Assembly (NCBI RefSeq): GCF_000281045.1
Contig: NW_008246089.1
Location: 330,737 to 394,736 of the forward strand
From: Saprolegnia diclina VS20
Lineage: Eukaryota
Direction: 5' to 3'
Length of the DNA stretch: 64,000 nucleotides
Position 1 is the first letter of the stretch. Every line of letters starts with the position of its first letter. Both the position numbers and the translations under genes were made by a program. Below the pieces are notes generated by a model. The model was not told where the DNA came from, did no database searches, and was given only the letters and a program-made list of their open reading frames with translations. Positions 12,871 to 24,026 of this stretch are shown piece by piece.

Positions 12871-13250
12871 GGAATACATTGCGCAAGGCTCTCCGTCGAC
12901 CCAAGATTCCAATGACGACGTTTCAAAGATACGGGTTGCGATGCTCGATCGATGGATAGTTGGATAGATGGAAAGTATAATATCAATCCACGAAGGCAAA
13001 TAGCTACGAACAGGGCTCTATCTGCAAGAAGGCAAGGACGGTCGGGTGCTGGAAGAGCTCGGGGCACGTGCTAATGACTCGAAGCGCTTCGTTCAGAAGC
13101 TCTTGCCGCTCTCGTAGTCGGGCTGCACCCATCTTGGTCGAGTACGCCAGCCGCGACCCTAACCCACGCTAGCATACTTTGTCAACACGTCCAACGTACG
13201 CAGTCGCTGGAGAGGGGTGTGGAGGCTGCCGTGCACCTGACTCAGCTTTG

Positions 13251-15526
13251 TCAAGAGGAGCTTAACGTCGTGGCAGCGCCGCTCGACGACAAAATCGAGG
13301 TCACCATCCGCGTTGTAGTCATTCGGTGCAACCGGCACCTACGCCGACATTGGACGACGAGCACAGGGAGACGCGCATACGGAGAGCCCCTCGATCGGTG
13401 CGGGGGGCGCCGACCCCGTTGACGCCCGGCGCCACGACTTGCGCCACGAGAGCGTTTTGGAGCACGCTGTTTCCCAAAACTGGCGCAGCTCCGCATCGTC
13501 CTCTTTGGTCGGTGACGATGGCCGGCGCGAGGCTTCCTTGGCGCCAAACCCAACGTCGGTGTCTCGTATAAGCTTTGAAAACTCTCCGCGCGGTGCAAAG
13601 ACGTGGACGAGGTAGACCACATGGGACCCGAGATCCCTAGTAGAGATGTTGACCCAGAGCTTTTCGATGCGGTGGACCTGTAGCCCGTCGTATATGCGCT
13701 AAAGGCTGCAATCGAGTCTTCCTGAGCGTCTTCTGTCGACTCGTCCTGCCATACTTCGATATAGGTCTTCACCAAGAAATACGTACGAGCAGCGTCCACT
13801 GAGTGGCCGTTGATGCGGTCGCCCACGGCGCGAGGTCCGACGGCGCGATCTGGTCGGTAGGAATACCCTGGAGCGTGTCCACGACCGGCCAGACGTGTTG
13901 GAGCAATGATGGACTCCGTCGCATGTCGCGAGTACCTACCTCGCTGCCTTGCGATGTCGGTTGACACGAGAGATTACGTACCGTTGAGTGCAATGTAGTG
14001 CTTGACAACGCTTCCGCACGCCTTAAAGTTGTCTTCACTTTAAAAGACATGTCTCATCGCGCCAGTCTCGTTGGTCTGGTCTACCTGTGGTGCGGCTGGA
14101 CAAAGTCGTCTTGTGTAGCATGTAGAAAGATGGCGGGGAGATGGCACTGCTCAATGGCCGCGTGCGGCGCAACGGCCTGCGGATCGAACCCCGCCCGGCG
14201 CTTGATGGACGCGCGCACGAGAGCGAGTGCGGCCGAGACGAGAAAGCTCGGCAACGAGAGGCCGTCTCGCTGGGCGGCTTTGACCTACCAATAAATGCTT
14301 GCTTTGGTGGTTTGACAGATGAAATACCATGTCGAGAAGGACTGACGTGAGGTCTGTAAAGCCGCTGTCAAGCACGAGCCACGTCACAAAAGACGGCGTG
14401 TCGTACGGCTGTGGATGCTCTTGGAGCTCAGCAAACTCAACGTTGGCAAACGCATTCGTTCCCAGTAGCGATAGCGCTGCCAAGGCGCCCATGGCTGCGA
14501 CGCTCGACCCGTTGATGTGCGTGAGCACGGCCCCCGCTTCGATCCCGGGCTCGTCGCCTATCGTGCACTTCTTTTCAGTCGATGGCACAAACAAGGTCGC
14601 ACCGCAGGGAGCAATGGTGGCATCGAGTACGATGCTGTTGCGGCCCGCGAGCGACTTCACCGACGTGCGCAAGTCCCGCACCGCCAGCGTCCGCTACAAA
14701 ATATCAAAAGATCAATCTATCAACCTCGACAACATATAAAATCTACTTGGACATGCGTGCGCTCGAGACGGAGTGCATTGCAGAGGAGGAGCACGGCGTT
14801 GGCGCCCATGCAGTGGCCCCAGAGACTCAGCGACGTCAACTGCCCCGAGTGGTACGTCTGCAGCGCCCGGACGCAGACCAATAGATCGCGGCTTTCTAGG
14901 ATGCAATGACAACTTGTCCACAGTTTTCGTGGACACCACCGTGCAGGCCGAGCGAGACGTACGCGCCGTCAGATCTAAGCATTGCGAAGTCTGAGCACGC
15001 GTAGCAGCAGCGAGACGCCCGTACTTGCCCGAGCCGGCGCAGTCGAGAGCTGCAAACGCCACGCCGCGCTGGAGCAGCGACGGCAGGAGGCTAAGGCCTT
15101 CGACGCGCGACCCGCTCATGCCATGCACGTACAGTACGCAGTGCGTCTACATGGAAATGAGCTGCGAATCTCAATCTCAAAAAAGCTAACGGCGCCATCG
15201 ATCGGAGCCCAGAGACTGCACACCAGCGTCGCGCCGGTCTCGTTGCACACGGTAAAGTCCCGCCGCTCGACAGCGATCGTGTCGATCACAAACGTCGTTG
15301 GTCCCAAGTCGGCGTCCTTGTAGTCGTGCCTACAATGAGAGATTTGTTTTTGTGGTTGACATTGAGATTGAGATTCGTAGGCGCACCGAGGCGGTCGCAC
15401 AATGGCGTTGACGATGCTGTTGAAGCCGGCGCGAAAGGCGTCCCACGAGCTCCACCGCGGCGGCGCTTTGAGCGCCGTCTCAAGCTCACCGTCGCCAAAC
15501 ACTTCGACGGACGCGCCACTGCCCAT
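13251..15526 (-). CDS. alpha/beta-hydrolase-fold protein with PDZ-like insert and degenerate catalytic residues, multi-exon
   Basis: MGSGAS N-myristoylation-like start; IVRPPR, HGMSGSR, LDCAGSGKSDG, LWGHCMGA, LVLDSGF and HATQDDFV motifs; 3' end uncertain. Confidence 0.7.
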
Positions 15527-15732
15527 CGGTTTGCAGTTTCCGGCGTTTCAACTGCGAACATGTCCAACCCCAACCCCGATGATGTGACATATTCGGATAA
15601 TGATGTGATCCACGCCTCGACAGCTCGGCAGTCTTCCAGCTTGACGGCAACCACTGCATCTCGGTCGCCACAGGGCGCTTGGCAGTGCGCCTTGTCGGAT
15701 GCGGCAGGCGGGATGCTCGCCGTCGTGGGCGG

Positions 15733-15791
<59 letters not shown>
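15733..15791. repeat. (CTAT)n / (GATA)n microsatellite, ~14.75 units
   Basis: Perfect tetranucleotide run read directly. Confidence 0.98.
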
Positions 15792-15907
15792 GCCGGCAGG
15801 GTTGTAGTGGGGTGGGTGGTGCGAGGCGACGAGATATTGCGTTGCCCTGTTACTGCCTTAGCGTTTTTGTTTGTTGTCCTAACCCTAAACGAAGATCCAT
15901 TGGTCTC

Positions 15908-17693
15908 TTACATGCCACGCGGCTTGGGACCGCCGGCCGCCTTGGCCATAATAATCTGTAGACAAGTATAAGCAAAAAGAAAGAGCAACGGAGCGACGGT
16001 ACCTGGTCTACTCGGAGGACCGTGATGGCCACGTCCGCACCGAGACGCAGCGCCGACTTCTTCGTCACCAAATGGTCGAGGACCTTGGCGCCCAGCATGT
16101 TTTCCACGACACCCGTCTCGCTCTCGCACTCGACGTCGACGCCGGCACTGGCCTTGCCCGCGCCATGAGCCGCATACAGGCTCGAGATGACCTGCGTTGC
16201 CATCTGCCCCGCGTTCTCGGCCAGCGTCCGGGGCACGATTTCGAGCGCCTCGGCAAACTTCTTGATCGCGTACTGGTCGAGGCCCGGCGTCGTGTTCCCG
16301 TAGGCTTCAATCTGACGCGCAATCTCAATCTCGGTCGCGCCACCGCCGGCCACGAACCGCGTGTCCTTGCACGCGGCCTTGACCGTGTTGACACCGTCAT
16401 CTATAAGCAGCAGGCGATGAGAGCCGAGATCGAGCGATATACGAACGTACCGATCGCACGCTCAAGGTCGTTCAACACGTTGTCGGTCGACGCGCGGAGA
16501 ATGATCGTCGACATCTTGGCGTCTTCTTCTTCTTGGCGGAAGATGGTGATCTTCTTGCCGCCAATCTCTTGGACGCCGACAAAGTCGCAAAAGCCCATCT
16601 CTTCGGGCGTCGGCGCGCCGAGACGCACGAGCGCCGTCGCGTTGACCGCGCGGCAGAGGCGGCGCAGCTCCCACTTGCTCTGGATACGGATCGAGAGGAG
16701 CTTGTACTTTTCGAGAAAGTGGAGCGCCATCTCCGAGATCGAGCCGCCGGCAATGACAACCTTGGCGCCCGACTCGGCAATGCTGCGGATCGCTTCGTCC
16801 AAGCGCTCTTCCTCGCCCTTGTTGTAGTTCATGAGCTCGTCGGCCGACTTGATAAGGACCGTCGACTTGGCTTCGGTCGATGAGACCTCAATGCCGCAGC
16901 CAAAGACCGCAATCTTGGCGGCCTCGACCTTCTTGACCGAGCCCTCCGTGTCGCGCTGGATGACCATACCCTTGACGACCTTGGACTCGAACACGTTGCC
17001 ACCCATGATCTTGGTCACGCGGATGTTGTCAACGTTGATCTTGGGCGCCTTGGGCTTGTTGGGCATGACGTTCAAGCACGCGTCGGCAATGAGCGTCGCG
17101 AGGAGGTCCTCGTAGCCGTACTGCTTGGCGCCAACGACGGGACGGATGATTGTTTCGAGCTGCGCCTGGTCGCGGAGGTCGGTGATGCGGTGGACCTCGA
17201 GCGACTCCAAGATCGAAAGCGCCTTCTCGTACGCCTTCTTGTAGCCCGTGACAATCTCGGACGCATGCAAACCCATGCGAAGGAGGTGCGCGGCCTGCAT
17301 GAGGAGCTCGCCGGCAATGCTAACGACCAAGTTGGTCGCATCGCCGTGTTCCGTCTGCTGCATCTTGGCCGCCATGACCACCATCTTGGCCGCCGGGTGC
17401 ACGACTTCGAGCTCCTACAATCGACGTCGTGGGCATCCTTACGCCTTGCCATGCGAAATCTCTACCTGCACGATCGTCGCCGTGTCGGACGTGACAAAGA
17501 TCTTCTCGAGGTGGTTGATCACGAGCTTGCGCATGCCGTTGGGCCCGAGCGACGTGCGCGAGATGTCGGCGAGCTGCTTGACGGCCTCGATGTTCTTGGC
17601 GACGGCCTCATCGACGCCCTCAAAGTGCTTGTGGCCGTCCTTGAGGAGGCCCGAGAGGCCCGCGGCCGGGTTGAAGCCCATGGATTTCGCCAT
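15908..17693 (-). CDS. CCT8: T-complex protein 1 subunit theta, multi-exon
   Basis: RTSLGPNGMRKLVINHLEKIFVTSD, HPAAKMVVMA, GDATN, SKWELRRLCR and VLRVDQIIMAKAAGGP are CCT-theta signatures. Confidence 0.95.
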
Positions 17694-17723
17694 CGTCGAA
17701 GTCGGTAGTCTGTGTGAGCCGCT

Positions 17724-17739
17724 GGAAAGCGCAAATGCC
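17724..17739 (-). promoter_or_regulatory. oomycete Inr/FPR-like core promoter of CCT8
   Basis: Minus strand GGCATTTGCGCTTTCC ~30 nt upstream of the ATG, resembling GCTCATTYBNNNWTTY. Confidence 0.4.
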
Positions 17740-18142
17740 CCACACACCACTCTTCTGGTGGCCTTTCTTTTTTATTACATACGTTCCATACGCTTTTGCA
17801 CGTATTTTTATACAGACAATCAATATGCATTGCGACAGGGAATATCGAGTTAGAGAGACTTTGAACCGACTAACTTTGCGACTAAACGACTACAACCGAC
17901 TTGTCGACTGCATTGACCACCAACTAAAGGCGGCAACTTCGCAGGCACATGACATAGGCCGTCGACTCGTCGTGCCTGGGTACGTGCGAAGGTATAGCGA
18001 AAGAATACGAATACACGTGGTATAGAAAGCGTAGAGTTAGGCCTCTGTGATGAGCGGGCCGGCGATACGAGCAAGTGATCCAACAACGTCCCAATGCTCG
18101 TGTGGGTCGGGACGACGCAAATGCATCGGCAGCCGATGGCAG

Positions 18143-19376
18143 CTAGCACGCATGGGCTCGCAAGTGCACCTGATTGTGTCGATGAAATAATGACTTTGAG
18201 AGAATGAAGAGTCTCCACCTGAAGGTACAAGACCACGTCGTCCGGGTGCGAGAGGTACGGGAAGCGCCCCGACGCCTTGAGAAGTGCCTGCAAACGATAG
18301 TCAGCGAAACGAGCACATGGCGATCGCGTTAGTTGACCTTTTTCGCGTCACTGAACCGCCCATACATGTCTTCGCGTTGGTCGGAATCGTCAGCGTTGTT
18401 GGAGCCATAGCTCTAGTCGATGCTTTAGTCGATATCGATGGACAGGATATTCGAGTACGTCAAGCAGCGTGACTCGATCGTACGGGATGTGGAGATCCCG
18501 TGCAGGAGCACTACTCGACAGGCCAGCCAACGTCAAGCGCGATGCGAGCTGCGCCTGGCTCAAGCATTCGAGCTACTCTATGTTCATGGGCTATACGAGA
18601 GCTGCAGTAGACAACCTGCTGCCGCAGAAAGTCCGACGCTGCATGCTCTGCGACATCCTCCGACGTGTCGAGCTCCTTGAGCATCAGTCTACAAGAAACG
18701 AGTGTCGGCAACGTGAATGGAGACTTGAGGTACTTTTTCAGCTGGAAACGGGGCATCACCGAGAGCCTGCGTGCCCATGACCCACGTACAGTATGCAAAG
18801 CGATACGTACATCTTTAGGTACCGAGCGCCGATCACTACGCTCTTGCCATAGCCGCGCGTGAGCACGAGTGAGCGCACGCGGTGCGGAAACGCCGAGCAG
18901 AACCGCTAGTTTTACTCAATGTCTCGTCCTTGCAGAGATGAAGCACCTGCGCTAACGTCGCCCCAAGACTTGCGCCATACAAGTGCACCTACAAAGATAG
19001 GTTTGCGCAAGACTGTTGTGAGATGCCCATACCGATGCGAGGCTGAGGGCGTCAAGGAACCGGTCCAAGCTGTGGACCAGCTCATCGTGCGTCCACACGA
19101 CCGGATAGTGTACCTAGCGATAAAGAGACTTGTAAGTCAGTAGCTTCATTGCCAGTCATTGCGTACGGCGAGGGCGCGGTAGCCGGCGGCGGCGAGCGCT
19201 GGCATGAGTGCGTGGTACGCGATCGCCGAGCCAATCGCGTCTGGAAGCAGCACGATGGTCATGGCCGAGCGTGGGCCAACGTCAAAGTACTCCCACGTCT
19301 TCCCGTCGTATGTTGTGAGGCGCTGCTTGGCGGTCGTCGCCAAGAACGTCTGCGCGCGGCTCTTTGGATCCGACAT
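18143..19376 (-). CDS. SPG21: maspardin-like alpha/beta-hydrolase, multi-exon
   Basis: WEYFDVGPRS, GYRALA, VHLYGASLGATLAQ, MPRFQLKK and GRFPYLSHPDDVVLYLQVHL are collinear with maspardin motifs. Confidence 0.75.
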
Positions 19377-19547
19377 GGCCTTTCCGAGATTGCAGTTCCA
19401 GTATCTTTTGCCGGATACCACACTGGCGTCCGGATAGATTGCAGCAATGGAGCAATGGGCAGCGTTGGCGGCAGAGTGATTCGCAACTTGCAACTGCAGG
19501 TGGGCACCTGTCCGCAGTGGCGGCTCACACCTTGTCTAGTTAGCACG

Positions 19548-20965
19548 ATGGAACCCATCTCTGTGCAAGGCCAGCTCGTCCATCAACGCAAGCTCTCGTG
19601 CGCATGTCTGTACGAATGCATGCAAATTTAGGAGGACGCGTCGTAGGCGCAAGTGCTCCTTCTTCGATGTCGTTGTCGGTAGCGCGCGTGTCGAAGCAAT
19701 TCTCAAGATCCAAGACGACTTGTCTGTCGACGACGTCAAGGCCCTTCGCAGCCGCCTCGTTCTTGGCGACATCGTCAAGGTCGATGGCGTCCTCGAAACG
19801 CTGCCCTCAGCAACGTACGTGCGTGCTGGACCATGGCCCATGATGAGAACAAGGATGCTCTTATAATGTAGTCGGCCGTTCAGCGAGTCACCCACAGGCT
19901 ACCTCTTGCATGCGCGAGACATCACTGTGCTAACGCCGTGGAAGGAAGCACAGCCTGGTACACGTGGCACACTACACAGCGCGCTCAACGGACCGTAGGC
20001 AAGACCTTTACGCCAGTGCCTGTGACAACAACGACGACAACAGCGACGCAATCTCTCTCCAAAGAGGCACAAGCTGCCGTGCCGTGCAAGTTTTGGATCA
20101 ACACGGGGCGGTGCCACAAGGGCGCCGCGTGTCCTATGCGCCACGACGACGTCAAGGAGCTGAAGGCGCTTCGGAAGGCATGGCTCGCCGACCGCTTGCA
20201 CAAGAAACGACTCGTCGCCCACCAAGCCGACGACCCGACCGATCCGCACGGTACCGTCCTCCCTCCATGACAGCTACGAACAAACTGCACCCGTAGCCAA
20301 GCAGAGCAAGCACAATCGGGCGGGCATTTTTGCCAAGTGGCTCGTCGAGACGTTTGGTATCGAGATGCTTCAGAGTGGCTCGGGTGTCATGGACGTTGCC
20401 GGTGGACGTGGTGGTGTTTGCTTTGAGCTCTGGCATCAACACAAGATCCCAACGACGCTTGTCGACCCGGTACGCATCTCGTATCCCAACACAACCCGAC
20501 GCATTTGGACTTAGCGGCCCATGAAGTACACGAAGCGGCAGCACCAGTACCTCCAAGCCCATGTCGGCGAAGCCCACGTCCCCCAGGTACCTTGGCACGC
20601 CCATGCATGGATGGATGTACGATCCTCGGTAGTGGCTCGAGCTCTTTGAGGAGGCATCGTATGTCGGCGCCACGGCGGACGAGACCAAAGTCGAGCACAT
20701 GCATCATGTGTCGTTGCTCCTTGGGATGCACCCGGACGAAGCCACCGACGTGATCGTCGACGTCGCGCTCGCCTTCAACAAACCGTTCGCGATCGTGCCG
20801 TGCTGCGTCTTTGCCGACAAATTCCCGCACCGGCGGACGCCCAGTGGCGACGCGGTCACCACGTACGACGAGCTCGTCGCGTACCTTGTCGCCAAGCACC
20901 CACGCATCCAAACAACGTTCCTTCCGTTTGACGGGCGGAACCGCGTCGTCTATTACCAGCCTTAG
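19548..20965 (+). CDS. OB-fold + CCCH zinc finger + methyltransferase-like protein, multi-exon
   Basis: RKLS..CSFFD...LGDIVKVDG (OB-like); CKFWINTGRCHKGAACPMRH (CCCH); VMDVAGGRG, LVDP, GMHPDEAT and FAIVPCCVF (Rossmann MTase-like). Confidence 0.7.
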
Positions 20966-22129
20966 GCACTCGCTTCGACCTTGGCATCAACGTCGTTGCT
21001 TGGCACCGCGACTTTGCACAGCGTTTCTTGGTCGTCCAGCACGAGCAGCATCGCAGTCGCATGCTCCTCCGACGATGGAAGCTGCGCGACGAACGCAGGT
21101 GCTTGTGGTGTCGAGATGGCCGTGGCCGCCATGGACGCCAAGGTGATCGAATAGAGCACCGGCGCGGTCGAGCCCGCGAGAAGAACGGATGTCGCTGTCA
21201 TGTGCAGCGATGAGATGGCGAACGGCACCTAACGCAGTTTCAGTGGTAGCAAATGAACCAGCGACGTACGGTGGCCACGCTGCACAGCTGCAGCGCGAGG
21301 GCAGAGCCCTTGCCGACGCTAATGAGCTCGTACAGTGTCCTAGGCATGAATATGCGTGTGGGACGAGGTCGTGAACGCGGTGCACGGACCCGTTGGCGCC
21401 ACCGCAGAAGACACGGCCGCCGTCGATCGTCGGGACGATCGATGTGATGACCGTGGGGCTTGGAAGGCGACAGAGGACGTGGCCTTCGTGGGTCAAGAGA
21501 AGCTCCAAGCCACCCAAGCTACGCATGTCCGTTGTACATGATGTTGGTGGCGGTCGCGTATCCTACCTCATAGCGACGTAGGCGCAAAGCTGGTTCTCCG
21601 CGTCGAGCAGTCGCACTGACGCCATGCTCTGCACTACGAGCAGCTCTAAATCACGAGGACGCAGATATGAACGTACCGTGCACGGGCGCGCCGCCCATGT
21701 CCATGCGCTTCTTCCACCGAAGGCGAAACTTGTCGACGCCGAGCACATTGCCGACGTGGTCGCTGACGAGAAACACCTTGTGGTGCCACGTGGCCGCGAC
21801 GACAGCACCCTCCATGGCATACCGCCGGAGCTCGACGCCCGTGTCCGCGTCCAAGAGCACGACGGTGCCATCCGCGCTGCCTGCTAGCACCTCGTTGCCA
21901 GCCTTCGCCACGCACTAGAGTAAGGGTCATACGCACCACGTTCAAGCAGGACGCCATGGCGACAGCGTACCGTGATGGCAGCCAGCGTCACATGCTGCCT
22001 CCACTCGATGCAGTCGAAGAGGTCGACAGCGTCCTTGGTCGTCGGCTCAAAGTAGTTGACGCAGAGCATTTCGCCGGCGGCCGTGCCCACGAGGACAAGC
22101 TCATCGCCGCTTGCCAGCGCTGTGATCAT
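20962..22129 (-). CDS. WD40-like beta-propeller protein, hypothetical, multi-exon
   Basis: Repeated blades LVLVGTAAGEML, VLAGSADGTVVLL, FLVSDHVGNVL, VFCGGANGSV. Confidence 0.55.
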
Positions 22130-22316
22130 GGCACGTTCAGGTGGTGTCCGGATGGATTTACCGGACTGGGATTTGTATTTGTTTTTAATAATATTATTAA
22201 AAGAGCATAAAAGAACAGCACGTGGGCTCTTTTATTCGGGGCAGTGGGGTTTGGACAAATTGTCAGGTGGAATACCTTGATTATTGGCGAGTGCTCGATT
22301 AGAAAAGCAAAGTCGA

Positions 22317-23855
22317 TCACGTGGCAAGGGTGGCTTCGTCGCTGCGGGGGCTCGGCGGTCGGGGGCTCATCGAGTCGGCGCCAACTTGGTGTCGCTGGGC
22401 CATGGCCACCCGGGGACTCGGCCGCGTCTTTCGCGGGCTCGTGGACGCTCGTCGCGGTGTGATGAGGTCCTTTCGCTTGACCTTGACGTTGTGAGAAAAA
22501 CTCGCCGTGCCAAACGACGATGTCGGGTGGTAGTAGGCCCCCGGTCCGGGGGCCACGTCCCCTACATTCCACTATGATGGCATACGCAACACAATGCCCG
22601 CAAGGGTACCGGTGCGCATGAGCATGATTTCGCGGCCCGAGTTTTTGCGAATGTTGCCCGAGAGCCAGCAGCTGCGGCTGCTTAAATTGGTGTCGGGGCC
22701 GCGCACCTCGTCGTGCTTGGGGGGACTCGTCGCGCGGGGGGCTGGCGCGAGTCGCCCCCCGGACGGCGCTGGTTTGTGCGGCGTGTAGATCGGCCCCGGT
22801 GAGAACTCGCCCATGTTCTCCCGCACGTGGCGCGCTGAAATGAACTGGACGCGGCTCATGCCCGACGTCGCTTGGTCTTTCCGGGGGTTTTCCCGCAACC
22901 CAAAGCGGGGTGCGGTCCCAAAGTTGGACGACAACGGTCGCGACTCCTACGCAGTCGACAACGTCACTCTCGTACACGATTGGTCGAGTGTGTACGTGGT
23001 GTTGGTTGCGTTCGTCGTGGAGACTCGTCTCGTGGACCGGGGGGTCCATCTCGGGCGGCTGCACCGCGGGGGGCAAGACAAAGAGACCTTTCCGGTGGAT
23101 GACCGAGAGCCACGACTCGCGGTGACTATCGTTCATGATGAAAAAGGGGGTAGGTCAAGAAGACCCCACCTTTTCACGGGACTCCCGACCCGGACCGGGT
23201 TCACTTGGCCTTTCGAAAACGAGTACTTGGGCGCATTGGATCGGAACGGCGGCGCCTCGACATTGTATTTCGGGCCAGGGCTGTCGGACGTGATGAGCTC
23301 TCGCTGGTGCTGCTTGTCCGTCATGCACACTAGCAACGCACCACTGTCGCTCAATGTATCGTGTGGCCCCGTACTACCTTTTTGCGACAAGAAGCGCTCC
23401 GACTTGGGAAAACTCACGGCCGGGAACCGAGCTTTCACGACTTCGTAGTTGGCTTCGTACAGATTCGGGGCCACGTGCACGCCTGCGATCGATAATCGAT
23501 ACGTCGGTCTTTTCAAGAGAGGAGGAGATCGACTCTACCGTGGTCGTGCACCGAAATGCTCGGTGAAAATTGCCCTAACAAGCTCGCTCTCACACGCTCA
23601 TACTGGCGCCATCTACCTTTGATCCAGCTGTCGCGGTGGCCCACGGGCTCCTCGAGGGCGGCAGTCGCGGCCGCATAATCAGGCCGGAACAAGACACCGC
23701 CTTTCTTTTTTGGCGACCGCTCGAGGTTGTCGGCGACGCTGAGGTAAATCGGCCCCGGCGACCGCGCTAGAGCCCACCATGGATCTACCCTCAAGTCATG
23801 CAGGCAGTATACCTGCGTCGGGTACGAAGCGGTCCGAGCTCCCAAAGATGGACAT
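22317..23855 (-). CDS. sperm-tail PG-rich (SHIPPO/ODF3-like) repeat protein, multi-exon
   Basis: Repeated SPGPIY, SPGPKY and PGPGAY motifs with F(G/P)xxxRF spacers. Confidence 0.7.
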
Positions 23856-24026
23856 GGTTCCGCAGCGCTGAACGACAAGACTGACGAACTGGAGCGCCTG
23901 TCTCGCTATAAATAGCTAGTACTTTGCAGCACAACTCCCCGACCCCTAGCATGGTCGAAGCATCGATCAAGATACACAAAGCACGCGCGCGTGGTTATAT
24001 AAGCTACCCTCTACTACTCCTAGTTC

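Noticed and set aside
15699..15971. ORFs with (IYLS)n repeats, also at 41557-42087
   Set aside because: Translation artefacts of the GATA microsatellites
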